This document shows, piece by piece, positions 1 through 7,985 of a stretch of DNA of 32,976 nucleotides. The position numbers and the translations under genes were made by a program. The DNA comes from a virus. Taxonomy: Duplodnaviria > Caudoviricetes. The stretch spans positions 1 to 32,976 of IMG/VR virus record IMGVR_UViG_3300031772_000164; one strand, written 5' to 3'. Under the pieces are notes generated by a model that was not told the DNA's origin, searched no databases, and saw only the letters and a program-made list of their open reading frames with translations. Numbering within the stretch: the stretch's first letter is position 1; every line of letters starts with the position of its first letter.

Positions 1-670
1 GCCGTCCGGTCGGCGGTCGCCTTCGGGTCTCCGAGACCCAGGAAATGGACCTTGGGCTCCCACCCCTGGCGATAGATCGAGATCATCGCCGGCAGGATCG
101 CGCGCATGGGCAGGGTGTTGATCGCCGTCGGGAACGCGATGATCACCCCCTGGTCGCCGAACAGGCGGCGCACGCGCAGGTAGTCCTGCACGATCGTCCG
201 GCTGTCGCGAGCCTGGATCGGGACGATCACGTCCACGCCTCGACCGATCAAAGCTCGGAGTCGATCCGCGTACCGCTCCCGGAGCGCAGCCGTGGTCTCC
301 GGATCGCCGATCACGTCGGGAGCGACCACCTGGAGCGTCCCGGGCGGCATCCGGTCGGCCATCAACTCGTAGGCGCCGACCACCTGGTCGAAGTCGATCG
401 GCGGACCGTCGGCGCGCTTCCGTCCGGCCTCTCCGCTGTCGACCATCATCCGGAGTCCCCGGTCGCGAGCGGCCGTGACAAACGTGTTTTGCCAGTTCTC
501 GAGCGACCCCGGTGTCTTTCGGATGTGGAGGACGTCCTGTGCCGTCACCTGCACGCCCACGCCCCGCTGTTCGAGCTTGCCCAGGCGGCTGCGAAGCCAC
601 TCGAAGTCGCCGAGGTCTTGCCGGACCAGCCTCTTGTGCTCGGCGCCCGCGGACACGTTGACGAACACCT
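1..670 (-). other. TGT-fold (DpdA/queuine tRNA-ribosyltransferase-like) domain, partial
   Basis: Motifs in TGT order: MMVDSG (432-440), VVAPDVIGDPETT, VIVPIQ, KVHFLG (36-47). The downstream catalytic Asp would lie outside the window. Confidence 0.65.
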
Positions 671-3600
671 CGACCGTCGACGCCACTTGCTCACCCGCCT
701 GACCCACCTGGCGCCCGCTGGGGAAGTCGGGGTAGTGGTAGACGCGCTTGCCGCCCTCGACCTTGTAGTAGCCGCGCTTGCCACCTCGGGGGTGCTGGAT
801 CGGCATCCACCCGCCGCCCGGCGCTCCGAACCCCCGGAAGCTGCCCTGCTCGGCCTTCACCAGCGGCAACTGCGCCGACTCCTCGAGCAGGGACCAGTCG
901 GCGGGGGCAGCAGCGGGCCCGGCCTCCCAGCGGATCTTGTCGACGACGGCGAGCGACTCGGGGCCCGAGCCCGCGCGTGCCCCGTGGGGCCGGTCACCTC
1001 GGAGGTACTCGACCGGCCGCAGACCCTTGTCCTTGAGCGCCCGGTAGGTGTCGCCCTTCTCCCCCGCGAGCTGGTAGGTGATGAACAGCGCAGGCTTGCC
1101 GGGGTCTCCGCGTCGGCTGTGCTCGAGGAGGTCGAGAAGTCTCGCGGTCAGCATCGAAGCGGCATTGCGGGTGGTGCCATCCGACGCCACGCGCGTGAGC
1201 TCGACGATGTTGCGCGGGTCGAGACCGCGCAGAGCTCGGCCCGTCGGGTGCCCGGCGGTGGCGACCGCGACCAGGCGCCCTCCGCGCTTGACCCCGATCG
1301 CGTACATGAGACCGCGGGGGTTGAGGTAGGGCAGCGACGTGTGGTGCTCGGCGATGAACTTCGCGGCCTCGTCCTTGGCGACGTTCACCAGACGGAGGTC
1401 CCTGTGCTCGCGGTCCATGCTGTCGGCCAGGATCGCCGCGGCGACCCATGTCGGGATCGCCATGCCCTCGCGGAACCTCTCGGGGTTCCAGTCCGCGAGC
1501 TCGCCACGGCGTTGCTTCTGGGGTGGCAGTTCGATTCCTACCTCCCCCTGGGCCGCGTGGGCGTAGGTCTCGCCGGCAATGTCTACCAGCCGCTCGGCGA
1601 TGTCGAGGCGCTGCTCGTCGGTGTAGGGCTCGCCCTGGCCATCCTTGTAGGGAACGTGGAGCAGGTCCGGGAGATCGGAGTAGGTGAAGCCCTGCCAGTC
1701 CTCGCCCCCGGGCGAGTCCCCGAGCTTGGCGATCATCCCGTAGTCGACGTCCTCCCAGACCTTGCGCGCGGCGGTGATCATGTCCATCGCCAGCGCGTCG
1801 GGCTCCTCACCATCCCACGCGCCCGGCGGACGGGTCGGCGGATCGCGGTAGCCGCGCTCGCCCGGCGATGGAGCTCCGGAGGGTCCGAACCGCTCATGCA
1901 GTTGGGGCCGGGGTTGGCCTTCCTGGTAGGACTGAGTGTGCAGAGGATCCGCCCACCGTCCGCCTCGCGGCCCGAGGTAGAGTTGCTGGGCCTTGATCAT
2001 CTCCCCCCGGCGGTACTTCCCCGCGAGGCAGTTCTCCCGGAACTTCTCGATCGGGATCGTGGTGGCCGATCCCCAGAACCGTGGATCGTCGTAGTGCGCG
2101 AGGTAGGCGCGCTTGGCCGCGGCCAGGTCTGGCCAGCCCAGCATCACCTTGTCCTCGTCGAACTCGCGGAACTCCGGCGGGCGCCGTTGGTGAACGATGT
2201 AGACCAGCTTCGCCTGCTCATCCGGACCGAGGAACACGTCGAGGTGATCTCCGTCGGCCCCCTCGGTCATGCGGATGTAGCCGTAGGGGTGCTTGAGCTT
2301 GGTCGTGCCCTCGGTGTCGGTCGCGCGGTCGTACCAGTGTCGCACGCTCCCCCGGCGGTTCTCGACGGACACCGGCAGACCCGCGAACACCGTCCGGTAG
2401 TGGAGCTTCCGGCTTTTCGCCATCGCCTCGGCTATCCCGCGCCGTGCAGGAAACGGGTGGGCACCGACAAGCGCCTTGCCCAGCCGGGCCAAGTCTTCGG
2501 TCAGGCGCAGTCGCTCGGTCCAGAAGGCCCCGCGCCGATCGGGATCGCCCTCGGCAACCGCCCGCGCCCGGAGCTCCTCGACCCTGCCTGCCATGCGCGC
2601 GTACCGTCGCAGGTCTCGATCGTGGTCCATCACCCACTGTTCGAGATCGGTGAAGCCCTTGGCCAGGGCCTCGCGCTTGAGGTTCTCGAGCGTCCATCCC
2701 TCGCGGAACTCGAGGAACGGCCGGAGGTACCTCTTGGGCACCACCAGGTCGTCGCCCGCGCGCTTGCCGCCCGCGCGCAGGAGCGCCTTGTTCTTGCCCT
2801 CGCCGATCAGCACCAGCCCCTTGGGCGTGTCCTTGAGCGTACCCCGGGTCTGCGCCTGGACGATGGCCCCGCCGAGCTGGTCGCGCCGGCGCTCGTGCTC
2901 CTGGCGCATCCGAGCCTCGGTCGACAACCACTGTTCGAGGCGCTCGGGGTTGGCCTTGGCAGCCGCGAGCAGATCGGGCTTGCTGGCGAGCACGCAGAAC
3001 ACGCAGGAGAGGCGGCTCATGCCGAGGTCGTAGGCGTAGTGACGATCGACGCCGCTGGTCTTGATCGCCGCCCACACGTCCTCGACCTTCCAGTCGAGGA
3101 GCGGGTTCCACTCCCACGCCTCCCGGTCCTTGCCACCCTCGCGCCCCATCTGGTCGGACTGCCCGAGCTCCTCCGAGAACCATCGGCTCTTGCCGCTGGA
3201 CTTGTCGTGCTCCCCCTCCTCCTTCCGGATCCCCAGCGCAGAGACCACGGGCACGCCCTTGTCCCCAAGGTTCTGGCGCATCCACTTCCAGAGCGGGCCC
3301 GTCTTCATGTCCGAGGTGCAGAAGCGCCCCATCGTCGAGGGCCAGGCGGCGCGGTCCTCGAAGTGCGTGAGCATGTCCCCTTCCCAGGGCTCGCGCTTGG
3401 AGGTCTCGGGGTTCATGCGAACGTCGCGGCGCGCGGTCTCGAAGCGCAGCCCGGTCTCGCGAGCGATCTTCTCCGCGTGCTGGGCGCTGCCCGGCCACTC
3501 GCCCCGGCCGAGGTCCGCGTGCAGGACCACGATCCGGTCCCGGTGGCGCTGGAGCTCGGGATGGGTCGCGAGCGCGTAGGTCATCGCCTGCGAGTCCTTG

Positions 3601-5645
3601 CCGCCGCTGCTGTTGATCACCAGCCAGCCACCGCGATCGAGGGCGCTCTTGACCTTCTCCGGGATCTTGACCGGAGGATGCGTCCGCGTGACCGGCTCCT
3701 GTTCCTTCTCGATCACGCGCGTGGTCGCGCGCTCGAACAGGCCAAGCTGCTTGGGCTGGGCATCGAACGCCGGCGGGAGCTTCCCCTCCGTCAGGTTCGC
3801 CCCCTCGAGCGCGGCTGCGGTCTTGATCGCGCCGTGGGCTGTCCAGTAGCGGTTGACCTTCTCCGTCGCCTCCTCATGGCGGTGGTAGCCCAGGGTGTTG
3901 ACCGCCTGGATCACCTGGGCGCTCGCGGTCCCCTCGGCCCACTCGGGTGTCACGGACAGGCGGTCCAGGGCGCCCGGAGACGGTTTCAGCGACGGGTGGC
4001 GTAGCGCCACGTCCTCGATCAGGGCGTCGAGGTTGTCGTAGGTCTGATGGCCCCAGAAGCCGCGGGCGTCGAACTTCTGCAACCGGACCTTCCCCGGCTC
4101 GCTCGGATCGCCCATCACCAACCCATGCCCGCCCTCGATCTGGTACTCCCCGCCGAGGCGCACGGTCCCCTTCAACTCCTCGACCCGAGCCTGGTGCCGC
4201 CTCCCATCGTCCAGCGGCTCCCAGTCGCCGTCCGCCTGCTTCTGATGGGGGCCGGTGGTCCAATGGTGGATCTCCCCCGGGGTCGCGGCCTTGCCCTTGG
4301 ATACCTGCTGCGCCTGGAACCCGATCGCGAGGTGCTGGTAGGTGCGGCTACCGTCGAGGTCGTGCCATCTTCGCTCGAACTCTGCCAGGTCCAGTGACGA
4401 GGGCTGGGTGGTCGCGGGGTCCTCGAAGTGGACACGATCGCCCTCGACCCGAGTCACCACCGCCCAGTGCCCCTCCTCCCATGACCGTCCGAGGTCCGTG
4501 TGCGAGTCGTCGGGCCACGCTTGGAACGCCACGATCACCGGCCCTCGGTCCACCATCCCTCGCAGGTCGGCCGCGGAGGTGAACTCCTGGGACACGACGG
4601 CCAGCCCCCGACGCTGACCGGCGGTCACCAGGGCTCCCGGGCTTGTCCCGTCGGCGGCGGTCGTCTGGAGCTCCTCGGCCAAGCGACGCTCGGGCTCGTC
4701 ACCCTGTCCCAAGATCTTCAGGACCGCTCGCAGGGCAGCGGGCCCGCAGGTGTACGTCTGTTGCTGCCGGACCAACCTCCCCTTCCGCAGGCTCTTTTCC
4801 GCCATCGACTCCGGCACGAGGTCGCCGTCGGCGTCGAACACCATCCCCCGGGGCACGCGGACAAGCTGGCACTGGCACCAGGGGTGCATCGCCCCGAGGA
4901 CCGGCAGCCAGTCGGCGCGCTTGCGACCGACGTTGTTGACCCCGTTCTCGGCCCACCAGCTCGCGGGGTGAGCCTCGGGACGGCCGTCGGCGTCGAGGTA
5001 CAGCCGCTTGCAGTCGTCGCAGGCGTTGGGCTCGGGCATCTTCGCCAGGAGCTCCTCCGACCCGTGGCGCCGGACGGTCGCCTCGAGGAACCCCTGCTGA
5101 TAGGCCATCTGGCTCTCGGTCGACGCGATCCGCCCCCAGTCGCGCGCCCAGTCCTCGCTCATCTGGCGCAGCCGGGTGGTCAGGTTGGTCACCGCGTCCC
5201 GGCGCGCGGCCTTCCACGCGCTCTCGTCCTGGATCCCGTTGCGCCAGGCGCTCGCGAGCTGCTCGTCCAGTTGAACTACCTCGTTCCCCACCTCGCCGCT
5301 CGCGCGGGTCCCGAGGCCGACGCAGAACTGGCCAGCCCGGTCCCGGGCGATCCCGTAGGCCAGGCGCTCGGCGTCGCTCATCTCAACCGGGTTGTGCCGG
5401 AGGTAGTCCTTGAACTCCCGGTAGCCCATCTGGTCCGCGCCCGGGAGCTTCTCGAGCAGGCGCCCGAGCTCGAAAGCGTCGAGGGTGATGTCCCGGATGT
5501 CCTCCTGGCGGATGTAGCCCTGGTCGACCAGCCGCGCGAGCTGCTCGGGCGTGGCAGCCATCCCCGTGGTAGACACCGCGACCGCCGTGGTGGCCTCGCG
5601 GATGATCTCCCGGAGCTCCTCGATCTGCTGGGGGGTGAGCAGCAT
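1..5645 (-). CDS. Giant MuF/gpF-fused polyvalent protein (MuF, C39 peptidase, PAPS-reductase/PP-loop, pyrophosphatase, Mom/XF1762-like GNAT, TGT/DpdA-like); 3'-truncated by window edge
   Basis: Manual translation from ATG at 5645 (TGATG overlap with upstream gene), MLLTPQQIEELREII..., gives no stop down to base 1 (>1881 codons). Recognisable motifs recur throughout the frame. Missing from the ORF track because it has no stop in the window. Confidence 0.93.
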   Translation of the reverse strand, partial: MLLTPQQIEELREIIREATTAVAVSTTGMAATPEQLARLVDQGYIRQEDIRDITLDAFELGRLLEKLPGADQMGYREFKDYLRHNPVEMSDAERLAYGIARDRAGQFCVGLGTRASGEVGNEVVQLDEQLASAWRNGIQDESAWKAARRDAVTNLTTRLRQMSEDWARDWGRIASTESQMAYQQGFLEATVRRHGSEELLAKMPEPNACDDCKRLYLDADGRPEAHPASWWAENGVNNVGRKRADWLPVLGAMHPWCQCQLVRVPRGMVFDADGDLVPESMAEKSLRKGRLVRQQQTYTCGPAALRAVLKILGQGDEPERRLAEELQTTAADGTSPGALVTAGQRRGLAVVSQEFTSAADLRGMVDRGPVIVAFQAWPDDSHTDLGRSWEEGHWAVVTRVEGDRVHFEDPATTQPSSLDLAEFERRWHDLDGSRTYQHLAIGFQAQQVSKGKAATPGEIHHWTTGPHQKQADGDWEPLDDGRRHQARVEELKGTVRLGGEYQIEGGHGLVMGDPSEPGKVRLQKFDARGFWGHQTYDNLDALIEDVALRHPSLKPSPGALDRLSVTPEWAEGTASAQVIQAVNTLGYHRHEEATEKVNRYWTAHGAIKTAAALEGANLTEGKLPPAFDAQPKQLGLFERATTRVIEKEQEPVTRTHPPVKIPEKVKSALDRGGWLVINSSGGKDSQAMTYALATHPELQRHRDRIVVLHADLGRGEWPGSAQHAEKIARETGLRFETARRDVRMNPETSKREPWEGDMLTHFEDRAAWPSTMGRFCTSDMKTGPLWKWMRQNLGDKGVPVVSALGIRKEEGEHDKSSGKSRWFSEELGQSDQMGREGGKDREAWEWNPLLDWKVEDVWAAIKTSGVDRHYAYDLGMSRLSCVFCVLASKPDLLAAAKANPERLEQWLSTEARMRQEHERRRDQLGGAIVQAQTRGTLKDTPKGLVLIGEGKNKALLRAGGKRAGDDLVVPKRYLRPFLEFREGWTLENLKREALAKGFTDLEQWVMDHDRDLRRYARMAGRVEELRARAVAEGDPDRRGAFWTERLRLTEDLARLGKALVGAHPFPARRGIAEAMAKSRKLHYRTVFAGLPVSVENRRGSVRHWYDRATDTEGTTKLKHPYGYIRMTEGADGDHLDVFLGPDEQAKLVYIVHQRRPPEFREFDEDKVMLGWPDLAAAKRAYLAHYDDPRFWGSATTIPIEKFRENCLAGKYRRGEMIKAQQLYLGPRGGRWADPLHTQSYQEGQPRPQLHERFGPSGAPSPGERGYRDPPTRPPGAWDGEEPDALAMDMITAARKVWEDVDYGMIAKLGDSPGGEDWQGFTYSDLPDLLHVPYKDGQGEPYTDEQRLDIAERLVDIAGETYAHAAQGEVGIELPPQKQRRGELADWNPERFREGMAIPTWVAAAILADSMDREHRDLRLVNVAKDEAAKFIAEHHTSLPYLNPRGLMYAIGVKRGGRLVAVATAGHPTGRALRGLDPRNIVELTRVASDGTTRNAASMLTARLLDLLEHSRRGDPGKPALFITYQLAGEKGDTYRALKDKGLRPVEYLRGDRPHGARAGSGPESLAVVDKIRWEAGPAAAPADWSLLEESAQLPLVKAEQGSFRGFGAPGGGWMPIQHPRGGKRGYYKVEGGKRVYHYPDFPSGRQVGQAGEQVASTVEVFVNVSAGAEHKRLVRQDLGDFEWLRSRLGKLEQRGVGVQVTAQDVLHIRKTPGSLENWQNTFVTAARDRGLRMMVDSGEAGRKRADGPPIDFDQVVGAYELMADRMPPGTLQVVAPDVIGDPETTAALRERYADRLRALIGRGVDVIVPIQARDSRTIVQDYLRVRRLFGDQGVIIAFPTAINTLPMRAILPAMISIYRQGWEPKVHFLGLGDPKATADRT
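727..863 (-). repeat. Shared peptide module copy 9 (divergent)
   Basis: LVKAEQGSFRGFGAPGGGWMPIQHPRGGKRGYYKVEGGKRVYHYPD. Confidence 0.75.
920..1405 (-). other. XF1762/Mom-like GNAT-fold domain
   Basis: LRLVNVAKDEAAKFIAEHH...AIGV...LVAVATAGHP...IVELTRVASDGTTRNAASML...FITYQLAGEKGDTYRA...KIRWE matches the motif pattern I recall for XF1762/Mom-type phage proteins. Confidence 0.65.
2020..2410 (-). other. Inorganic pyrophosphatase domain (polyvalent-protein type)
   Basis: FAGLPVSVENRRGSVR...HPYGYIRMTEGADGDHLDVFLGP...FDEDKVMLG...AKRAYLAHY; YG and DGDxxD motifs of family I PPases. Confidence 0.85.
2910..3625 (-). other. PAPS-reductase family PP-loop domain (CysH/DndC/SspD superfamily)
   Basis: SGGKDS (3591-3608), HADLGRGEWP, RFCTSDMKTGP, GIRKEE, PLLDWKVEDVW, YDLGMSRLSCVFC. 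Confidence 0.88.
4320..4775 (-). other. C39-like papain-fold cysteine peptidase domain
   Basis: QQQTYTCGPAALRAVL...GTSP...PVIV...GHWAVV...VHFEDP...FERRW; Gln, Cys, His and Asp catalytic positions are all present. Confidence 0.85.
4830..5645 (-). other. MuF/gpF (SPP1 gp7-like) head morphogenesis domain
   Basis: RDWGRIASTE...ACDDCKRLY...HPWCQCQL (RIAxTE, CxxC and HPxCxC signatures); located downstream of the portal. Confidence 0.85.
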
Positions 5646-5905
5646 CAGACGGCCCTCTTGAGCAGCTCCTCGATCCTCCGAACCATCACCCGGCGGATCC
5701 TCTCGACCACCGCCTCCGACCGCCCGACCGACTCCTGGAGCGCCGGGGTCGCCAGCCGTCGAGGCTCCTGGTCACTTGGTACCTTGGTACCAGCGGCCTT
5801 GCAGAGGTGGTGATCATGGCCGTCGGCGCACGAGCGGAGCGCGGAGATCGCCTCCTCCAGCTTCTCCTCGAGCTCCCCCTCCTCGGCCTCGATCACCAGC
5901 TTCAT
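5645..5905 (-). CDS. Hypothetical protein (86 aa, helical)
   Basis: Overlap-coupled to both neighbours (ATGA at 5902-5905; TGATG at 5643-5647). Confidence 0.8.
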   Translation of the reverse strand: MKLVIEAEEGELEEKLEEAISALRSCADGHDHHLCKAAGTKVPSDQEPRRLATPALQESVGRSEAVVERIRRVMVRRIEELLKRAV

Positions 5906-6297
5906 GGGGCGCCGGCGACGAGGTAGGTGACAATCGCGTCGACGGTCGTCGAGGGGTTGCTCACCTTGAGGCTCGTGAACTCGCCCTCCCAGAACAGCTT
6001 GGCCTTGGCGCCAGTGGTGGGCGTGAGCTTGAACACCTGGACGCCGGAGTTGAGCTTGAGCGTGAGCGCCTGGTCGGTCTCGATGTAGAGCACGGCCGCG
6101 GTGGTGACGCCTCCGAGCTCGAGAACGGCATCGACCGTGTTCTTCGGGATCACCCGCGTGTCGCTCTTGCCGACCTCGGTGTCCGCCCGGATCGTCTGGA
6201 TCGTCGTCTTCTCCGACCGCTCGAACCCGATCAGCTTCTCGTCCGCGTCGAGGCTCGCGAGGATTGCCAGGCTGTGCTTGACCCTGTAGGTGCTCAT
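5902..6297 (-). CDS. Hypothetical beta-rich protein, possibly virion-associated (131 aa)
   Basis: Start reassigned to ATG 6297 (MSTYRVKH...), right after the portal stop at 6299. The longer track version overlaps the portal out of frame. Confidence 0.8.
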   Translation of the reverse strand: MSTYRVKHSLAILASLDADEKLIGFERSEKTTIQTIRADTEVGKSDTRVIPKNTVDAVLELGGVTTAAVLYIETDQALTLKLNSGVQVFKLTPTTGAKAKLFWEGEFTSLKVSNPSTTVDAIVTYLVAGAP

Positions 6298-6298
6298 C

Positions 6299-7972
6299 TC
6301 AGACCTCGATCTGGTAGTGGCGCATGGACTTCTGTTGCTCCTCCTCGCCCTCGGTGCCCGGAAATTCCTTGAACTGCGAGAGCATGTCCTCCCACGGTCC
6401 GGGCTGTCCCTCGGGCGGCTGTCCCTCGGCGCCCTCCGGCGGCTGCCCCTCCGGCGGCTGGCCTTCCATCCCCGGCTGACCCTCCATCCCCGGCTGTTGC
6501 GCCTGCTGCGCGGCCATGTCCTTCGCCTGCGAGAACTGGAGCCAGGTCGGATCGAGGATGCACTCGCCCTTGCCGTCGGGGAGCGGCTCGAGGTCATCCT
6601 CGGCGCGGATCTCGTCGACCGTCTTCAGGTAGGTCACCTGCTTCTTCTGAAGGTCTGCCACCTCCGCGCCCGAGCGCATATCCAGGCCCGAGAACATCAC
6701 CTGGTAGTCCTCGTCGATCCGCCAGATCAGGTAGCGGTTGATCCACTCGCCGAACGCGCGCAGAAGCGGACGGAGACCTCGGTCCTTCGAGCTCTTGATC
6801 CTGCCCTCGGCGGGCGCTTGGAACATCTGGGTCTGCTGGCCGGTGTTGCCGAACAGGAAGTTGATCTCCGAGGGATCGATCTGGTAGACGGCGCTGGTGA
6901 TCTTGATCAGCCAGTCCAGGAACGCCGAGAACTCCATGTCCCGGTTGCTCGCGTGGAGGTTGATGTACTGGAGATCCTCGGCGTTGATTATTGGGGTTCG
7001 CCAGGCGTTGGCCACGCCCGCGATCTGCTGATACCACTGGCGCCGGAACGCCTCGAGCTTGCCGTCGGGGATCGATCCCTTGATGTTGATCAAACCCTTG
7101 GTCACCGACCCCTGGGAGAAGAAGCGGGCGTTGTACTCGAACGCCCAGAGGATCGCGGTCACGGTGCGGATCAGCATCTCGATCTCGCTCATGCCGTAGC
7201 CGTTGAGCCGGATCCCCGTGCGCGGGTTCCTCACGCCGAAGCAGAGCTCGTGGGCCGCGAACTCGGAGATCACCACGTCGTCGTAGATCTGGACGTAGCG
7301 CACGCGCTCGGGATCGTCGGATGGCTCGGCAGCCCCGGGGACGTCCGCCAGGCGGATCGTCGCGGCGTCGACGGCGTAGAAGTCGGAGGGCTCTCCCTTG
7401 CGGTTGTCGACGATCTCGAAAGTGGCCTGGTCGAACACCAGGCTGTCGCGGATGAGCTTGCGGCCGAAGGTCTCGAACGAGTCCTTGCCATAGGCCCGGG
7501 TTGACCCGCAGTAGCGCATCCAGTCCTCGATCGACTTTGCTCGCGCGATCTGCTTCTTCGTCGGCGCCTTCTCCTCGTCGCGGAGCATCACGCGGTAGCC
7601 TGGCTCGCGATCGTTGGGCGCGGGGACGCAGAAGTTGGCCACCTGGTTGATTCGGGTCTGGACGATCGCCGCCACCACCGGCACCCGGCGATGGATGTCC
7701 TCGAGCATGGCGTAGCTCATGCCCGACGGCCGGTCCTTGAAGCCCAACTGGTCGATCACCGAGAAGGGATCGTAGAGCAGGGCCTTGGCCCCCTGGTCCG
7801 CGGCGTCGGGCATGTCCGGGGGGTTGTTGAGGTGCCCGTCGTTCTTGGTCGAGTCCTTCGAGATCGACTCCCCGGCCTTGGACAGGCTGTCCAGCGCGAG
7901 TCCCCCGACGTATCCGAGCGCGTTGCCCAGCGTGGAGCTCACGCTGTCGCGAAAGCGGTCCTGCCAGCCCAT
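6299..7972 (-). CDS. Portal protein
   Basis: GAGGAG RBS; NPRT...YGMSEIE...YNARFFSQG...KGLI...DMEF..FLD..I...YQIDPSEINF...SKDRGLRPLL...TVDEIRAE portal motifs; Q/P/E/G low-complexity tail. Confidence 0.93.
   Translation of the reverse strand: MGWQDRFRDSVSSTLGNALGYVGGLALDSLSKAGESISKDSTKNDGHLNNPPDMPDAADQGAKALLYDPFSVIDQLGFKDRPSGMSYAMLEDIHRRVPVVAAIVQTRINQVANFCVPAPNDREPGYRVMLRDEEKAPTKKQIARAKSIEDWMRYCGSTRAYGKDSFETFGRKLIRDSLVFDQATFEIVDNRKGEPSDFYAVDAATIRLADVPGAAEPSDDPERVRYVQIYDDVVISEFAAHELCFGVRNPRTGIRLNGYGMSEIEMLIRTVTAILWAFEYNARFFSQGSVTKGLINIKGSIPDGKLEAFRRQWYQQIAGVANAWRTPIINAEDLQYINLHASNRDMEFSAFLDWLIKITSAVYQIDPSEINFLFGNTGQQTQMFQAPAEGRIKSSKDRGLRPLLRAFGEWINRYLIWRIDEDYQVMFSGLDMRSGAEVADLQKKQVTYLKTVDEIRAEDDLEPLPDGKGECILDPTWLQFSQAKDMAAQQAQQPGMEGQPGMEGQPPEGQPPEGAEGQPPEGQPGPWEDMLSQFKEFPGTEGEEEQQKSMRHYQIEV
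6400..6500 (-). repeat. Short tandem peptide repeats in portal tail
   Basis: QPGMEGQPGMEGQPPEGQPPEGAEGQPPEGQPG. Confidence 0.8.
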
Positions 7973-7985
7973 GACGTGCTCCTCG

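Noticed and set aside
2218-3498. 426-aa minus-strand ORF and similar Arg/Gly/Pro-rich alternative-frame ORFs (e.g. 18613-19962, 27951-29054)
   Set aside because: Out-of-frame overlaps with well-supported genes; composition is typical of non-coding GC-rich frames.
2910-3625. Calling the PP-loop domain a sulfate-assimilation cysH auxiliary metabolic gene
   Set aside because: It lacks the C-terminal ECGLH-type motif and is embedded in a head-protein fusion with other putative nucleic-acid enzymes.
45-4004. 1319-aa plus-strand ORF in the track
   Set aside because: Antisense shadow of the real minus-strand MuF polyprotein; no recognisable motifs, and GC-rich codon bias suppresses stops on the opposite strand.
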